64,000 nt of DNA from a virus (taxonomy: Duplodnaviria > Heunggongvirae > Uroviricota > Caudoviricetes). The translations under genes and the position numbers were made by a program. Under the pieces are notes generated by a model that was not told the DNA's origin, did not search any database, and was given only the letters and a program-made list of their open reading frames with translations. Shown here piece after piece: positions 20,600-30,031 of the stretch (position 1 is the first letter of the stretch; every line of letters begins with the position of its first letter). The stretch is taken from IMG/VR virus record IMGVR_UViG_2645727901_000008. One strand, written 5' to 3'.

Positions 20600-20790
20600 G
20601 GAATATTTTTGTATTCTCAATTCGTTCTCAAATAAATCTCACTGTCAGACCATCATTCGGTGGGTGATTAAGATATTCTCAAAATAAACTCAACAATCGC
20701 TCTTTTTATCTCGTTTGGTGTGGATTTTTGGGTGCTTCTCTTTTAAAATTACATTTTGGTTCTCAAATGTGTCTCAGAAGTGGAGCAAGA
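20600..20790. repeat. parC-like centromere: repeated TTCTCAA(A) elements upstream of parM
   Basis: At least five copies of (a/g)ttctcaa within about 190 bp preceding parM. Confidence 0.5.
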
Positions 20791-20792
20791 AG

Positions 20793-21749
20793 ATGCGCAT
20801 TTTTATCGATGATGGTTCAACCAATATCAAAATGCTGTGGGAGCACGACGGGGAAACTCGCACTCACATCAGCCCTAACAGCTTTAAGCGCGGATGGTCA
20901 GCAACATTTGGTGCTGGCAAGCCATTTAACTATGTCATTGACGACGAAAAGTATTCGTATGATTTGATCTCGCCAGATGTTCTGCCGACGAATAACGTGG
21001 AATGGCAATACAGCCCGCTTAACGTCCTGGCTGTTCACCATGCCCTGCTGACAAGTGGCATTGAGCCGCAGGAAGTAGAAATTGTGGTTACGCTGCCACT
21101 GGCGGAGTTTTACGACGACGACGCGCAATACAATCTCGATAACATCGAGCGCAAGAAAGCCAGCCTTATGCGCCCCGTCACGCTGAATAAAGGCAATGTA
21201 TTCACGATTAAGAAAGTTACGGTACGCCCGGAGTCTATTCCGGCAGGAATTGGTCTGTGCGACAATCTGAACCCTGCCCACTCTGTTCTTATCGTCGATT
21301 TGGGTGGAACTACCCTTGATGTTTCAATGGTCGCCGGGCAAATGACGGCAGTTTCCCGTGTTTTTGGCGATTCGAATCTTGGTGTATCACTGGTCACCAG
21401 GGAAGTAAGGCAAGCACTTGCCAGAGCCAATACCGAAACGTCAAATTACAATGTCGATCAGCTCATTATTAACCGCCACGATGAAGATTATCTGAACGAC
21501 AATATCAATGACCCATCAGCGGTTGGTGATGTGAAAAAGGCCATTGCCGCAAGCATTGACCGTCTGCGTACCCGCGTTCTTGATGTGATTGGCGACTTTA
21601 AAGGATATACGCATGTCATGGTGATCGGTGGTGGCGCACCGCTGGTGGCAGATGCAATTCGCGAGCAAGTTAATATTCGTGATGACCGTTTCTTCGTGGC
21701 GGATGACCCGCAACTTGCTCTTGTTCATGGCCTGAAAGCAATCGGTTAA
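20793..21749 (+). CDS. parM: Actin-like segregation ATPase ParM/StbA
   Basis: MRIFIDDGSTNIK..., HISPNSFKRGW, VDLGGTTLD, MVIGGGA motifs matching R1 ParM; ATG at 20793. Confidence 0.9.
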   Translation: MRIFIDDGSTNIKMLWEHDGETRTHISPNSFKRGWSATFGAGKPFNYVIDDEKYSYDLISPDVLPTNNVEWQYSPLNVLAVHHALLTSGIEPQEVEIVVTLPLAEFYDDDAQYNLDNIERKKASLMRPVTLNKGNVFTIKKVTVRPESIPAGIGLCDNLNPAHSVLIVDLGGTTLDVSMVAGQMTAVSRVFGDSNLGVSLVTREVRQALARANTETSNYNVDQLIINRHDEDYLNDNINDPSAVGDVKKAIAASIDRLRTRVLDVIGDFKGYTHVMVIGGGAPLVADAIREQVNIRDDRFFVADDPQLALVHGLKAIG

Positions 21750-21756
21750 CGAGGTA

Positions 21757-22101
21757 ATGTCCATGTCTCAGGAACGTAAGAAAGTGATGATTTATCTTCG
21801 CCCAGAGGCTTATGCCAATGAAAAGGCGGCGAGCGAGAAGATAAAAAAACATAGCGATATGGCAAGAACCGCATTGTTGGCAGGGCTTGCGCTGGGAGAA
21901 GTCGATAGCAGGCTTCCAGGATTACTGGCTTCCCTGCTGACCGAAGACAATAACCCGGAGCTGATCCGAAAAATGCTGGCATCCTTCCTGGAACTACCAG
22001 CTGCGGTTGAGGAGCGCCCTGCCTCCATTGAGCCAGTGAAGGAGCAAGTTGTTGCCAAAAGCGCGTCGGCGCGTAATCTTGCTGATTCTCTACCTGATTG
22101 A
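21757..22101 (+). CDS. parR: ParR/StbB-like centromere-binding adaptor
   Basis: 114-aa ORF immediately downstream of parM. Confidence 0.65.
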   Translation: MSMSQERKKVMIYLRPEAYANEKAASEKIKKHSDMARTALLAGLALGEVDSRLPGLLASLLTEDNNPELIRKMLASFLELPAAVEERPASIEPVKEQVVAKSASARNLADSLPD

Positions 22102-22119
22102 TGGTCAAAACTCTATTTT

Positions 22120-22147
22120 AAGGCTGCAAATTGCAGCCTTTTTTGTT
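22120..22147 (+). terminator. Rho-independent terminator (aaggctgcaaattgcagcctt + T-tract)
   Basis: GC-rich hairpin followed by TTTTGTT directly after parR. Confidence 0.7.
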
Positions 22148-22370
22148 CCTTTTTGGTGTTAAAATGGCATCAAAGCGACACCAAATGGGAGTCGTTAATG
22201 TACTGGTGCATACTTGGTGCTAATTTAGTGCTATTCAGGCGCAAAACGTGTACCAGTATCCATCGGATTTGATGTTATACTTCCGGCATTAAGAATGGTG
22301 CTATTGCTGTACCGTTGATGTGTAAATGTGGTGCTGTTTTAGTGTAAAAATAGAGCCAAAATAAAGCCGA
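22148..22370. repeat. Repeated TGGTGCT / TGTACCAGT elements upstream of parA (candidate centromere or operator)
   Basis: Multiple tggtgct(a/g)t and gtgtaccag copies; similar elements recur at 23320-23380 and 19385-19460. Confidence 0.4.
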
Positions 22371-22373
22371 GGT

Positions 22374-23021
22374 ATGGACATGATTATCCTGGTAGCAAGT
22401 CAAAAGGGAGGCTGTGGCAAGTCAACCACCAGCGTCAATATTTGTGCCGAGCTGGCCCGAAAAAACAAAGATGTCGTCTTGATTGATGCTGATAAGCAGG
22501 GAACGGCAGCTCGATGGGCGTCAGACCGTAATTCGTCCGAAGTGACACCAGTTATTCATTGCGTCCAGAAGTTTGGAAATATTCGAGAAACTCTGCTCGA
22601 TCTTAACAATCGATATGAATACGTGGTTGTTGATACCGCAGGTCGTGATAGTAAAGAGATGCGCACAGGTATAACGGCGGCGGATATTCTATTGGTTCCA
22701 TTCAGGCCGTCTCAGCCAGATTTGGACACGCTGGCACACTTTGTTGAGGTGTTTGAAGAGGCTTTGGATCTGATGCCTAATCCCAATATTAAGGCGTGCG
22801 CAGTCTTAACTATGGCCCCGTCAAATCCGGTTGTGAATGAAGCAAATGAGGCCAAAGAGTATCTGGCAGAATATCCGCAACTGAAATTGCTGAAAACCAT
22901 TATTCGCGATCGCAAGGTTTACCGCGACTGCATGGCTGAAGGAAAGGGTGTTGTTGAGATGGATAACGGTAAGGCGAAAGGTGAAATTCAGATGTTAGTT
23001 AAGGAGTTGCTAAGTGATTAA
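22374..23021 (+). CDS. parA: ParA-family partition ATPase (small, type Ib-like)
   Basis: Deviant Walker A KGGCGKST near the N-terminus; 215 aa. Confidence 0.85.
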   Translation: MDMIILVASQKGGCGKSTTSVNICAELARKNKDVVLIDADKQGTAARWASDRNSSEVTPVIHCVQKFGNIRETLLDLNNRYEYVVVDTAGRDSKEMRTGITAADILLVPFRPSQPDLDTLAHFVEVFEEALDLMPNPNIKACAVLTMAPSNPVVNEANEAKEYLAEYPQLKLLKTIIRDRKVYRDCMAEGKGVVEMDNGKAKGEIQMLVKELLSD

Positions 23022-23298
23022 ACGTCGAGAACCAGCTAAAGCGCCTAAGGCTACTGATCCGGAACTTGAGCGAAGAATTGAAGAGTTCGCCAGCAAAGCG
23101 GATTTAATCCCGGATGAAATTACAACGGGGAAGGTGCTTGATAAAGATGCGCCGCGCGACTTTAAATCCATACGCGTGAGCTTTAATGAATATGAGTACG
23201 GGGTGCTCGATGCGTTAAGCAAAAAGCTTAACCGCAGCAAATTGAACCTGATTCGACATGCCATCCTCATGCTTGCTGAGTCAGAGGATGCTAAATGA
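23014..23298 (+). CDS. Small DNA-binding partition partner (ParG/RHH-like)
   Basis: 94-aa ORF overlapping parA stop; basic N-terminus and RHH-like C-terminus. Confidence 0.55.
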   Translation: MIKRREPAKAPKATDPELERRIEEFASKADLIPDEITTGKVLDKDAPRDFKSIRVSFNEYEYGVLDALSKKLNRSKLNLIRHAILMLAESEDAK

Positions 23299-23418
23299 TA
23301 CCGATTTGATGCCTTATTGGCGTCTATCGTGTACCAGTGCAATAATGTGTCAAAGTGGTGCCATAATGGTGTTAATATACAGCCATATTGATATCAAATT
23401 GACACTGTATCGGCATCA

Positions 23419-23442
23419 AAAAGCCCCAGGCGGGGCTTTTTC
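23419..23442 (+). terminator. Rho-independent terminator (gccccaggcggggc + TTTTT)
   Basis: Hairpin flanked by A-tract and T-tract after the parA operon. Confidence 0.7.
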
Positions 23443-24350
23443 TATTTGAGCGTTGCAATGATATCGTTAGCGACTATTCGCGTGGATGCTTTGCATGACA
23501 CGGACCGTCTGGCTGGCATGTGGTACAGCTTAAAACCGTTTCTTTCGTACAATTCGCGAATTTTTGGCGCGCCACTGTTTGTTATTACTATCTTTGCACC
23601 GCGCTGGTGGGCCGCCACCAACAGTGATACAAGCCGTTTTTGTTCATCGAAAAGGAAGCTATTTCCTGAATAGCTGGTAAATCCCTCTGTATCTGGCAGC
23701 GGCTCATACGGCGGGTCACAAAAAATCACATCGTCTTTACCAGCCGCCTCGATGACACCAGCAAAGTCACCTGATACAAAGGAAGTGTTTTTGAGTACGT
23801 CATCAGCCAAAAATGCCTTCATCTCTGCATGTGGGAAGTAGGGCGCTTTGTATTTGCCATACCCCACGTTGAACTCGCCATTTTGGTTGTACCGCGTTAC
23901 GCCATTAAAACAGTGACGATTAAGGTACAAAAATGCGGCAGCATGATGTAGTTGGTCATACTTTCCTCTGTTAAATGCCTCACGCACTTCGAGGTAAGCG
24001 TCAGCGTTGTTGTAATTTTTGAAAAAACTATATGACAGCGTGACGAGCGAATGTCCTTCTCGCTGCAATGTCTGATAGAAGTTAATCAGGTCACCGTTAA
24101 TATCATTAAGCAGGTTGTGGCGAAATCCTGCATTCGTAAATACGGAACCGCCACCAACGAATGGTTCTATTAACCGCTTACCGTGTGGTAGATGCTCAAG
24201 CACTGTAGGCAATTCTGAGAATTTACCACCTACCCATTTGAATATCGGACGCTCATATTCATCCGGAGTCCGAATGGTGCGCATATAGCTAATTTCAGCC
24301 ATCGTATCCTGTTTTTCTATGGCTATGCTTGCTATAGATTTACTCATAGA
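23442..24350 (-). CDS. dam: Dam-like N6-adenine DNA methyltransferase
   Basis: FKWVGGK and DPPY motifs; likely start MSKSIASIA near 24350 (track ORF 23442..24443 overlaps the upstream MTase). Confidence 0.8.
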   Translation of the reverse strand, partial: SMSKSIASIAIEKQDTMAEISYMRTIRTPDEYERPIFKWVGGKFSELPTVLEHLPHGKRLIEPFVGGGSVFTNAGFRHNLLNDINGDLINFYQTLQREGHSLVTLSYSFFKNYNNADAYLEVREAFNRGKYDQLHHAAAFLYLNRHCFNGVTRYNQNGEFNVGYGKYKAPYFPHAEMKAFLADDVLKNTSFVSGDFAGVIEAAGKDDVIFCDPPYEPLPDTEGFTSYSGNSFLFDEQKRLVSLLVAAHQRGAKIVITNSGAPKIRELYERNGFKLYHMPARRSVSCKASTRIVANDIIATLK

Positions 24351-25018
24351 GCACCCCCTTATTCGCTTCGAAAACTGCCTTTGCGAATCCATGTGGAGTA
24401 GCACTTCGAAAATTAGCCCTGTCAGGCCCTGGTGGCGCGGCATGGATTCTGTTATCTGGCTTGCCTAATGATTCGTCCATTAGGGCATCAGGCATGACAA
24501 AGCCCTGGCCGCTCCAGAGGCATGTTTTTTTTGTGTAGTTATCTTCCTGACAATATGCAGTGAAGAAGTAAGGGTGAAAGATGTGATCTGGCTTACGCCA
24601 GAATGTCGATATTTTGCTGACCGGATTTTCAATCATGTACGGACAACCGATCATCTTTGCAATGTCATAACACTGCCAGACAACCTGCATTGCTTTGAAC
24701 TGGAAAACCGGATCTTTATTAGCCTTGTCCGAAAACCAGCGCGCGCCGGAAACAGCCAGGTCAGTACACGGTGGGAACCCGGCCAGAAACACGATGCGCT
24801 GCAAATTCTTACGGAGAAAAGCGTATACTTCATCGCTATCGATGATCGCACTAATACGCGTCAGAACGGCACCTGATTGCATCCGCTCGTCACTGGTCGA
24901 TAAGTGCTGTGGATCGACGATAGCGGCATCGACACCGTATTCCAGCCAGGGGGCAACCATTGCCCCCGTAAAATCACAAAGACTCACAACAAGCTGTCGG
25001 TTATTATCGTTCTGCTTC
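24340..25018 (-). CDS. dcm: C5-cytosine DNA methyltransferase (Dcm-like)
   Basis: Motif I ([16 protein letters not shown]), PC motif (FPPCTDLA), ENP motif (MIENP); probable GTG start near 25018. Confidence 0.7.
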
Positions 25019-25909
25019 ACCGCCAATGGCCTCCACCAGCGCGTTAAACAGTGCAGATAATTCGCCCGTAAAGAGCACGAAATCAGCATCAAATCGTTGT
25101 GCTACATCCTCCCGGTCGATATCGTCGTTCTGGTCATAGAGATCATCACAGAATGTCAGGGCTTTGATACTCATATCATCGTTGACTCTGAACGACGCAC
25201 GGTCCATCCAGTTAATTGCAACGGTCGTAGCTACTTTCCCCGCCTCAATGTGAGACATAATCTCGTCGGACTGTAGATCAACTTTGTTGCAGCGAACGGC
25301 ACCACCATTATCGAGCAGACCCTTTAATGTGGCGTCTTCACCTGCTGTAAATCCGGCAGGGAAGCCGCTTTTAAACCACTCGGTCATTGTAATTTCCAGC
25401 GGTTCGCGTGGTGTGAATGGAATGACAGGCAGGCTGCCGAGCGACTTTCGCAATAAAGCCAGCTGGTCCTCTGCCTTTTTGGCGCTGCTTGCCTCAACGA
25501 ATACCAGATGGTTGCTGCGGTCGATCAGGATTTTGGCGAGTGATTTTCTCGTGAACGCGCGAGGCAAAAGTGAATGCAGGACTTCATCTTTAAGACTGTC
25601 TCTTTCCGTTTTCTTCAGCTTGCGGGCTTGCTCTTCTTCGAGTTTCAGGACTTTTTTCTGCAACTCTTCCTTGAGCACCTGCGAGGGGAGAATTTTTTCT
25701 TCTCGCTTATGCTGTATTAGCAGAAAACCCTGGTATTCATGGGTGAGGTTGTCACCAAGAACAGGTGTCCAACCGACTTTAGCTGTGTCCTGAGAACCGC
25801 AAGGAGTAAACACGAATTTGCTAAGAGCATCGGATACTTCTGCGGCACTCCAGTTAACTTCACGTGAAAGACGATAGATGAAGATGTTTTTGAAAGCGAC
25901 TGATCTCAT
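25004..25909 (-). CDS. rdgC: Recombination-associated protein RdgC
   Basis: Conserved blocks shared with E. coli RdgC ([45 protein letters not shown]...GGEA). Confidence 0.9.
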   Translation of the reverse strand: MRSVAFKNIFIYRLSREVNWSAAEVSDALSKFVFTPCGSQDTAKVGWTPVLGDNLTHEYQGFLLIQHKREEKILPSQVLKEELQKKVLKLEEEQARKLKKTERDSLKDEVLHSLLPRAFTRKSLAKILIDRSNHLVFVEASSAKKAEDQLALLRKSLGSLPVIPFTPREPLEITMTEWFKSGFPAGFTAGEDATLKGLLDNGGAVRCNKVDLQSDEIMSHIEAGKVATTVAINWMDRASFRVNDDMSIKALTFCDDLYDQNDDIDREDVAQRFDADFVLFTGELSALFNALVEAIGGEAER

Positions 25910-25920
25910 GTTTCACCAAT

Positions 25921-25955
25921 TGTGTTAGAAAATTCTATTCAATTATCTAACACAA
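25921..25955. promoter_or_regulatory. Two operator-like motif copies (inverted tgtgttagaaaa and direct ttatctaacaca) upstream of rdgC
   Basis: Core TTTTCTAACA family; 12 bp upstream of the rdgC start. Confidence 0.45.
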
Positions 25956-25968
25956 TTGGATGTGTTTT

Positions 25969-26622
25969 CTATCCCTTCTTGAAATCAAAGTTGCTTGCGA
26001 TGGCCTGGAAGGTGCCTCCAGCCTTGAAATCAATATTTTCGTCGGCTGTCACAGTAATGTTTTTGCCATTAACGCTGATGTTATCGGCTGATTTGACGTT
26101 AACACTCCCTCCCGCATTCACTACTACATCAGCCGGACCAATGATGTATATCTGCCCTGATTCATTCATTCCAATCCTTGAGCCTGCTGCCGTATTCGCT
26201 ATTTCATATCCACCGCCAGCCGTTCGCACTTCGAGCACATTGTTGCGGTGAATCACGAAATCTTTTGTCGCCGAAAATTGCGGGCGGGGAGGCGCTCCGT
26301 CTACTTCTGGTGGCGTCCAGCCGCTACCATTGCCTGACGCCTCCGGCGCGACGTTTGGTACTCCTCCAGGCGCATCCTGAGCTGCGCCAACTATCATTGG
26401 GCGTCTGGTATCAATTCGACCATTAACATCCAGATAAGGAAACTCTACCCATACCAGGTCGCCTTTTACTGTAGGTACAAACGCGTTACCTATGGGTAAC
26501 AGGTATTCTGCCCAGGGTAGATCGTCATCAGGAACGCCATTCCAGTCTGGTAAAACACGGACCTGAGCACGCATAAGCCCTGCCGGGTGCACAGTTCCAA
26601 CAATTTGCGCTCTACGCTTCAT
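25969..26622 (-). CDS. Baseplate central spike (gpV-like)
   Basis: 217-aa ORF with C-terminal Gly/Asn/Val-rich short repeats typical of spike beta-helices. Confidence 0.6.
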   Translation of the reverse strand: MKRRAQIVGTVHPAGLMRAQVRVLPDWNGVPDDDLPWAEYLLPIGNAFVPTVKGDLVWVEFPYLDVNGRIDTRRPMIVGAAQDAPGGVPNVAPEASGNGSGWTPPEVDGAPPRPQFSATKDFVIHRNNVLEVRTAGGGYEIANTAAGSRIGMNESGQIYIIGPADVVVNAGGSVNVKSADNISVNGKNITVTADENIDFKAGGTFQAIASNFDFKKG

Positions 26623-27599
26623 TTGTTCGGCACTCCTAATATCATTCGTGTTGTGTAGCCTACGCGGTCTTCAAAGTGCGCAACATTTTTTACTATCAGC
26701 TTGCGGGGCATTGATTCATCAATGCGGTTTTCCTGGTCATAGCGGTATACGATAATCTCTATTACCATTCCCGGTTTTATATCCGGATTGCCTGCGACTT
26801 CTATATCCATTTTGGGGACGAGAGACAGCTGCATATTGCGAAGAGTTTCCATATCAGAATCGGATATATAACGCACTGGGAGTGAGCTATCGCCATATTC
26901 GACGTAGCCATCGGTCATGGAATACCCAACAAAACGATATTGATTCTTTGCTGTTGTCGCATGTTCCTGTTGGAGTAGGCGCATTTTGGACAAAGTGTAT
27001 TCTGCTTTAGGGTTATTCCCCTCGTAGGTAAATGATGGCGTTTGCTTCATCAGATCAGCCAGGGTGTAAAAGTTAAATTCCCCACGGCATACCCAACATA
27101 ATGCACCTTTGTCTCGCGCTATCTGCGAGAGCATTTTTGACGGTTTGTCACCGGCATTCAGATGATATGTAACTGCGCGTTTTAGCACGCTGCTGGTAAT
27201 TTTAAGCTTGCCGGAATATGCCTTGAATATAGCGTCTGGTGTTTTGTTGGTATGTAAATTTGTGCGCGGGGAGGGGATCTTAAACCTGCGCACGTCTTCA
27301 CTGACAGCAATAACGGTAACAACATCACCAGCCAGCATTGCAGACGTAACAAAGAAGTCTGTTTTAAAAGTGCCTGCATTACCGTTTGGATCGCCCATTT
27401 CAGCCACCAGCGATGCACCGTATTTGGCTTTCCAGTCATCAATTACGGTGCCGGTAGCGTCATGAATTTCCAGTTTTAGCAAAGGGGCTTTGAGGCTGGT
27501 TTTTTCTACATATACTGCGGTAAAAATCCAGTCTCGTGGCACTTTGTTATCGTTAATGAGCACTGACTGTAGAAAATATTGTTGTAACTCCTGGGCCAC
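26619..27599 (-). CDS. Putative baseplate/tail protein
   Basis: 326-aa ORF coupled (4-nt overlap) to the spike gene. Confidence 0.45.
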   Translation of the reverse strand: MAQELQQYFLQSVLINDNKVPRDWIFTAVYVEKTSLKAPLLKLEIHDATGTVIDDWKAKYGASLVAEMGDPNGNAGTFKTDFFVTSAMLAGDVVTVIAVSEDVRRFKIPSPRTNLHTNKTPDAIFKAYSGKLKITSSVLKRAVTYHLNAGDKPSKMLSQIARDKGALCWVCRGEFNFYTLADLMKQTPSFTYEGNNPKAEYTLSKMRLLQQEHATTAKNQYRFVGYSMTDGYVEYGDSSLPVRYISDSDMETLRNMQLSLVPKMDIEVAGNPDIKPGMVIEIIVYRYDQENRIDESMPRKLIVKNVAHFEDRVGYTTRMILGVPNK

Positions 27600-27602
27600 T
27601 TA

Positions 27603-28370
27603 TCACCCCATAGATATCGAGGTTTCGGTAATAATACGTTTTGCGTCCAACTCCCATGCTGTGATCACGTCTGCAATCACACTTATCGGCGCTTGTGTGG
27701 CATAAATACGCTCTTCTCCAATTGGTGCCGAAACATCCGTAAATCCGACTTCTTTGGCATCCTGTATCGAGCAAATCAGCGGGACCGGGACACGAACAAG
27801 GTGAGTGGTTGCTTCAAATTGTGTACCTGTCATCAGGCGAAGCCGTGCGCCCAGCGAATTACACATCAGACTCATGGTCGCTTTATCAGTTGACATTAAC
27901 GTAACGTCATACGTCAGAATGGCCTGGGTGTATTCCAGTTCTGCTAAAGGCATTCCGGTATCCGGTTCGCAAAAACTGGCTACTTTTTTGCGGTCAATCT
28001 GCTGATCATCGTTGATATAATTGATATCCATAGTGCGTGAGATATTGACCAGGGGGAGAGCATCCCGGTTAATGTTCTGGTTTTCAGGTTTTCTCCCTTG
28101 CCCGGCATTTGCGCGACGAACTGCTTTAAGAAACTCGATCGCATTGTCGAAACGGGCCACATAGACACGCTCTGCTGGTGGACGATTCAGGAATGACGCA
28201 AAGCGTTTTTCTTCCGGCGCGGGGGCCACCAGTAAGATATCAGAAAAGATATTGCTGATTAGCGTAGCAAACGCGTTATCCACGTTTTCAAAGCCCGTGG
28301 TCTGGAATTTCCCTGTGCGTGAGGTTTGCCATTCACCTGTTCGCGCCAGGAGGGTTTTATTTGAAGTCAT
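27603..28370 (-). CDS. Hypothetical baseplate/tail protein
   Basis: 255-aa ORF in the same operon. Confidence 0.45.
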   Translation of the reverse strand: MTSNKTLLARTGEWQTSRTGKFQTTGFENVDNAFATLISNIFSDILLVAPAPEEKRFASFLNRPPAERVYVARFDNAIEFLKAVRRANAGQGRKPENQNINRDALPLVNISRTMDINYINDDQQIDRKKVASFCEPDTGMPLAELEYTQAILTYDVTLMSTDKATMSLMCNSLGARLRLMTGTQFEATTHLVRVPVPLICSIQDAKEVGFTDVSAPIGEERIYATQAPISVIADVITAWELDAKRIITETSISMG

Positions 28371-29200
28371 TCGATCACTCCGTTTTGAGTCGTATCAAAA
28401 TTCCTGGCAGGTATGCAGTAGTAAAGCGAACCAACATGCTGTGTGCCGTAGCTAAAAATACGGTGCACGTACCACCAGCGGCGGGCTACGCCGTTTACCA
28501 TCTCTTCATTCCATTCAAGAATTGATCCGACGGGGACGTTATTTGCTGCAATACGCAGAATCAGAACATCATCGGTTAAGCCATCCTGCTCACCGTCTGC
28601 GTCAATCGCATGGAAAGAGTCACGCCCGTCCGGGTTATCCAGCACATAAACGATTTCAGGTTCCTGGTAAGTCAGTTCGCGCTGGTTGTTATCCAGTTCA
28701 GTGAATGACTCTTCTCCTGTTTCGTCGCTGACTACCCCATATGTGCCAACATCTGGTCGATATAAGAGAGCCTGAAACGCGTCTGGGCTGGATTCAATAA
28801 TCAGCATCCAGTCTGCGCGGATTTGGTCGTTAAAGGCTTTATGCCCGTTATAGCGTGCTTTTAGCTGTGGAGTTGGTTCTCTGCCAGCCAGGGAAGGTGG
28901 AAGTATGGCTATATCTGATTCGGCAGCATCCGGAGTAAGGCCAGCGTTGCTATCAGCAAAATTATCATGGCTATCAGCTTTGGCGGCGGGTTGCTCTTCC
29001 AGAATGCTGAATGAATCCGAACCGGTATTGCCATGTTCCGGCGCGCCTCCTGCATTCGCTTCAATCGGCGCTGGCGTTTCTCTCTGCGTGCTGTCATGTT
29101 CTGACTCATTACTTGCCAGGTTTGCATCGTCAGCAAACCATTCGTCAAAACGGCCCATAAGCATCCTCAAAGGTCGATTTATCAGGTATCGAGGGTGCAT
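28367..29200 (-). CDS. Hypothetical acidic tail-assembly protein
   Basis: 277-aa ORF, acidic N-terminal half; first gene of the operon. Confidence 0.45.
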   Translation of the reverse strand: MHPRYLINRPLRMLMGRFDEWFADDANLASNESEHDSTQRETPAPIEANAGGAPEHGNTGSDSFSILEEQPAAKADSHDNFADSNAGLTPDAAESDIAILPPSLAGREPTPQLKARYNGHKAFNDQIRADWMLIIESSPDAFQALLYRPDVGTYGVVSDETGEESFTELDNNQRELTYQEPEIVYVLDNPDGRDSFHAIDADGEQDGLTDDVLILRIAANNVPVGSILEWNEEMVNGVARRWWYVHRIFSYGTQHVGSLYYCIPARNFDTTQNGVIE

Positions 29201-29228
29201 TGTCTGGAGATTGTGATTTCAATTCATA

Positions 29229-29273
29229 TCCCAACATGGGACTAAAGTGCTTTACATTGTCCCATATTGGGAC
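29229..29273. promoter_or_regulatory. higBA promoter with two palindromic operators (tccca-N3-tggga; gtccca-tat-tgggac)
   Basis: -35 TTTACA (29251) and -10 TACTAT (29274) with a palindrome in the 17-bp spacer. Confidence 0.5.
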
Positions 29274-29303
29274 TACTATACTTTCAGAGAGAAGGAATCT
29301 GTG

Positions 29304-29606
29304 ATGAAAATAATTTCGGTAAAAACACTAAGGGATTTCTGGGCGAAGAATCCCGATGCAGAACAGCCATTAAAGGCATGGGTTGATGAAGCAACAAAGG
29401 CTGACTGGAAAAATCCGGCTGAGATCAAAGAACAGTACCGGACAGCCAGCATCCTTAAAAACAGGCGCGTGGTGTTCAATATTAAGGGAAATGATTACAG
29501 GTTAATTGTCGCAATTGCTTATCAGCGAGGATGGATGTTCGTTAAGTTTATTGGAACACATAAGGAATACGATGCCATTGAAGCGGATACAATAGAACTG
29601 GAGTAA
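29304..29606 (+). CDS. higB: HigB-family toxin (RelE/ParE superfamily)
   Basis: MKIISVKTLRDFWAK...; about 100 aa, upstream of an XRE-HTH antitoxin (toxin-first order); ATG at 29304. Confidence 0.8.
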   Translation: MKIISVKTLRDFWAKNPDAEQPLKAWVDEATKADWKNPAEIKEQYRTASILKNRRVVFNIKGNDYRLIVAIAYQRGWMFVKFIGTHKEYDAIEADTIELE

Positions 29607-29609
29607 ATC

Positions 29610-29969
29610 ATGAACATTAAACCTATCCGTACAGAACAAGATTATGAGGCCGCACTGCGTGCGGTCGAACCGATGTTCGATAACGAACCGGAAATGAACA
29701 CACCGGAAGGCGATTTCTTTGAAGTAATGTGCCTGCTCATTGAAGAGTACGAGAAAAAGCATTACCCAATTGAGCCACCATCACCTATTGAAGCCATTAA
29801 ATTCCGTATGGAACAGCAAGGGCTGACCGTGAAGGATCTGGAACCGGCGATTGGTAAGTCAAATCGAGTTTACGAAGTGCTTAATGGGACACGAAATTTG
29901 ACGTTACCTATGATTCGTCGTTTACATGCCCAGTTTGGTATTCCACTGGAAAGTCTGGTTGGTGTTTAA
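29610..29969 (+). CDS. higA: HigA-family antitoxin (XRE helix-turn-helix)
   Basis: 119 aa; 4-bp gap after higB; C-terminal HTH-like region. Confidence 0.8.
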   Translation: MNIKPIRTEQDYEAALRAVEPMFDNEPEMNTPEGDFFEVMCLLIEEYEKKHYPIEPPSPIEAIKFRMEQQGLTVKDLEPAIGKSNRVYEVLNGTRNLTLPMIRRLHAQFGIPLESLVGV

Positions 29970-30031
29970 GTTTGGCGGTCTGGAGGACCGCTTTTTATCT
30001 AAAATAAAAATTAGAAGGTTTGATAGCTTGT

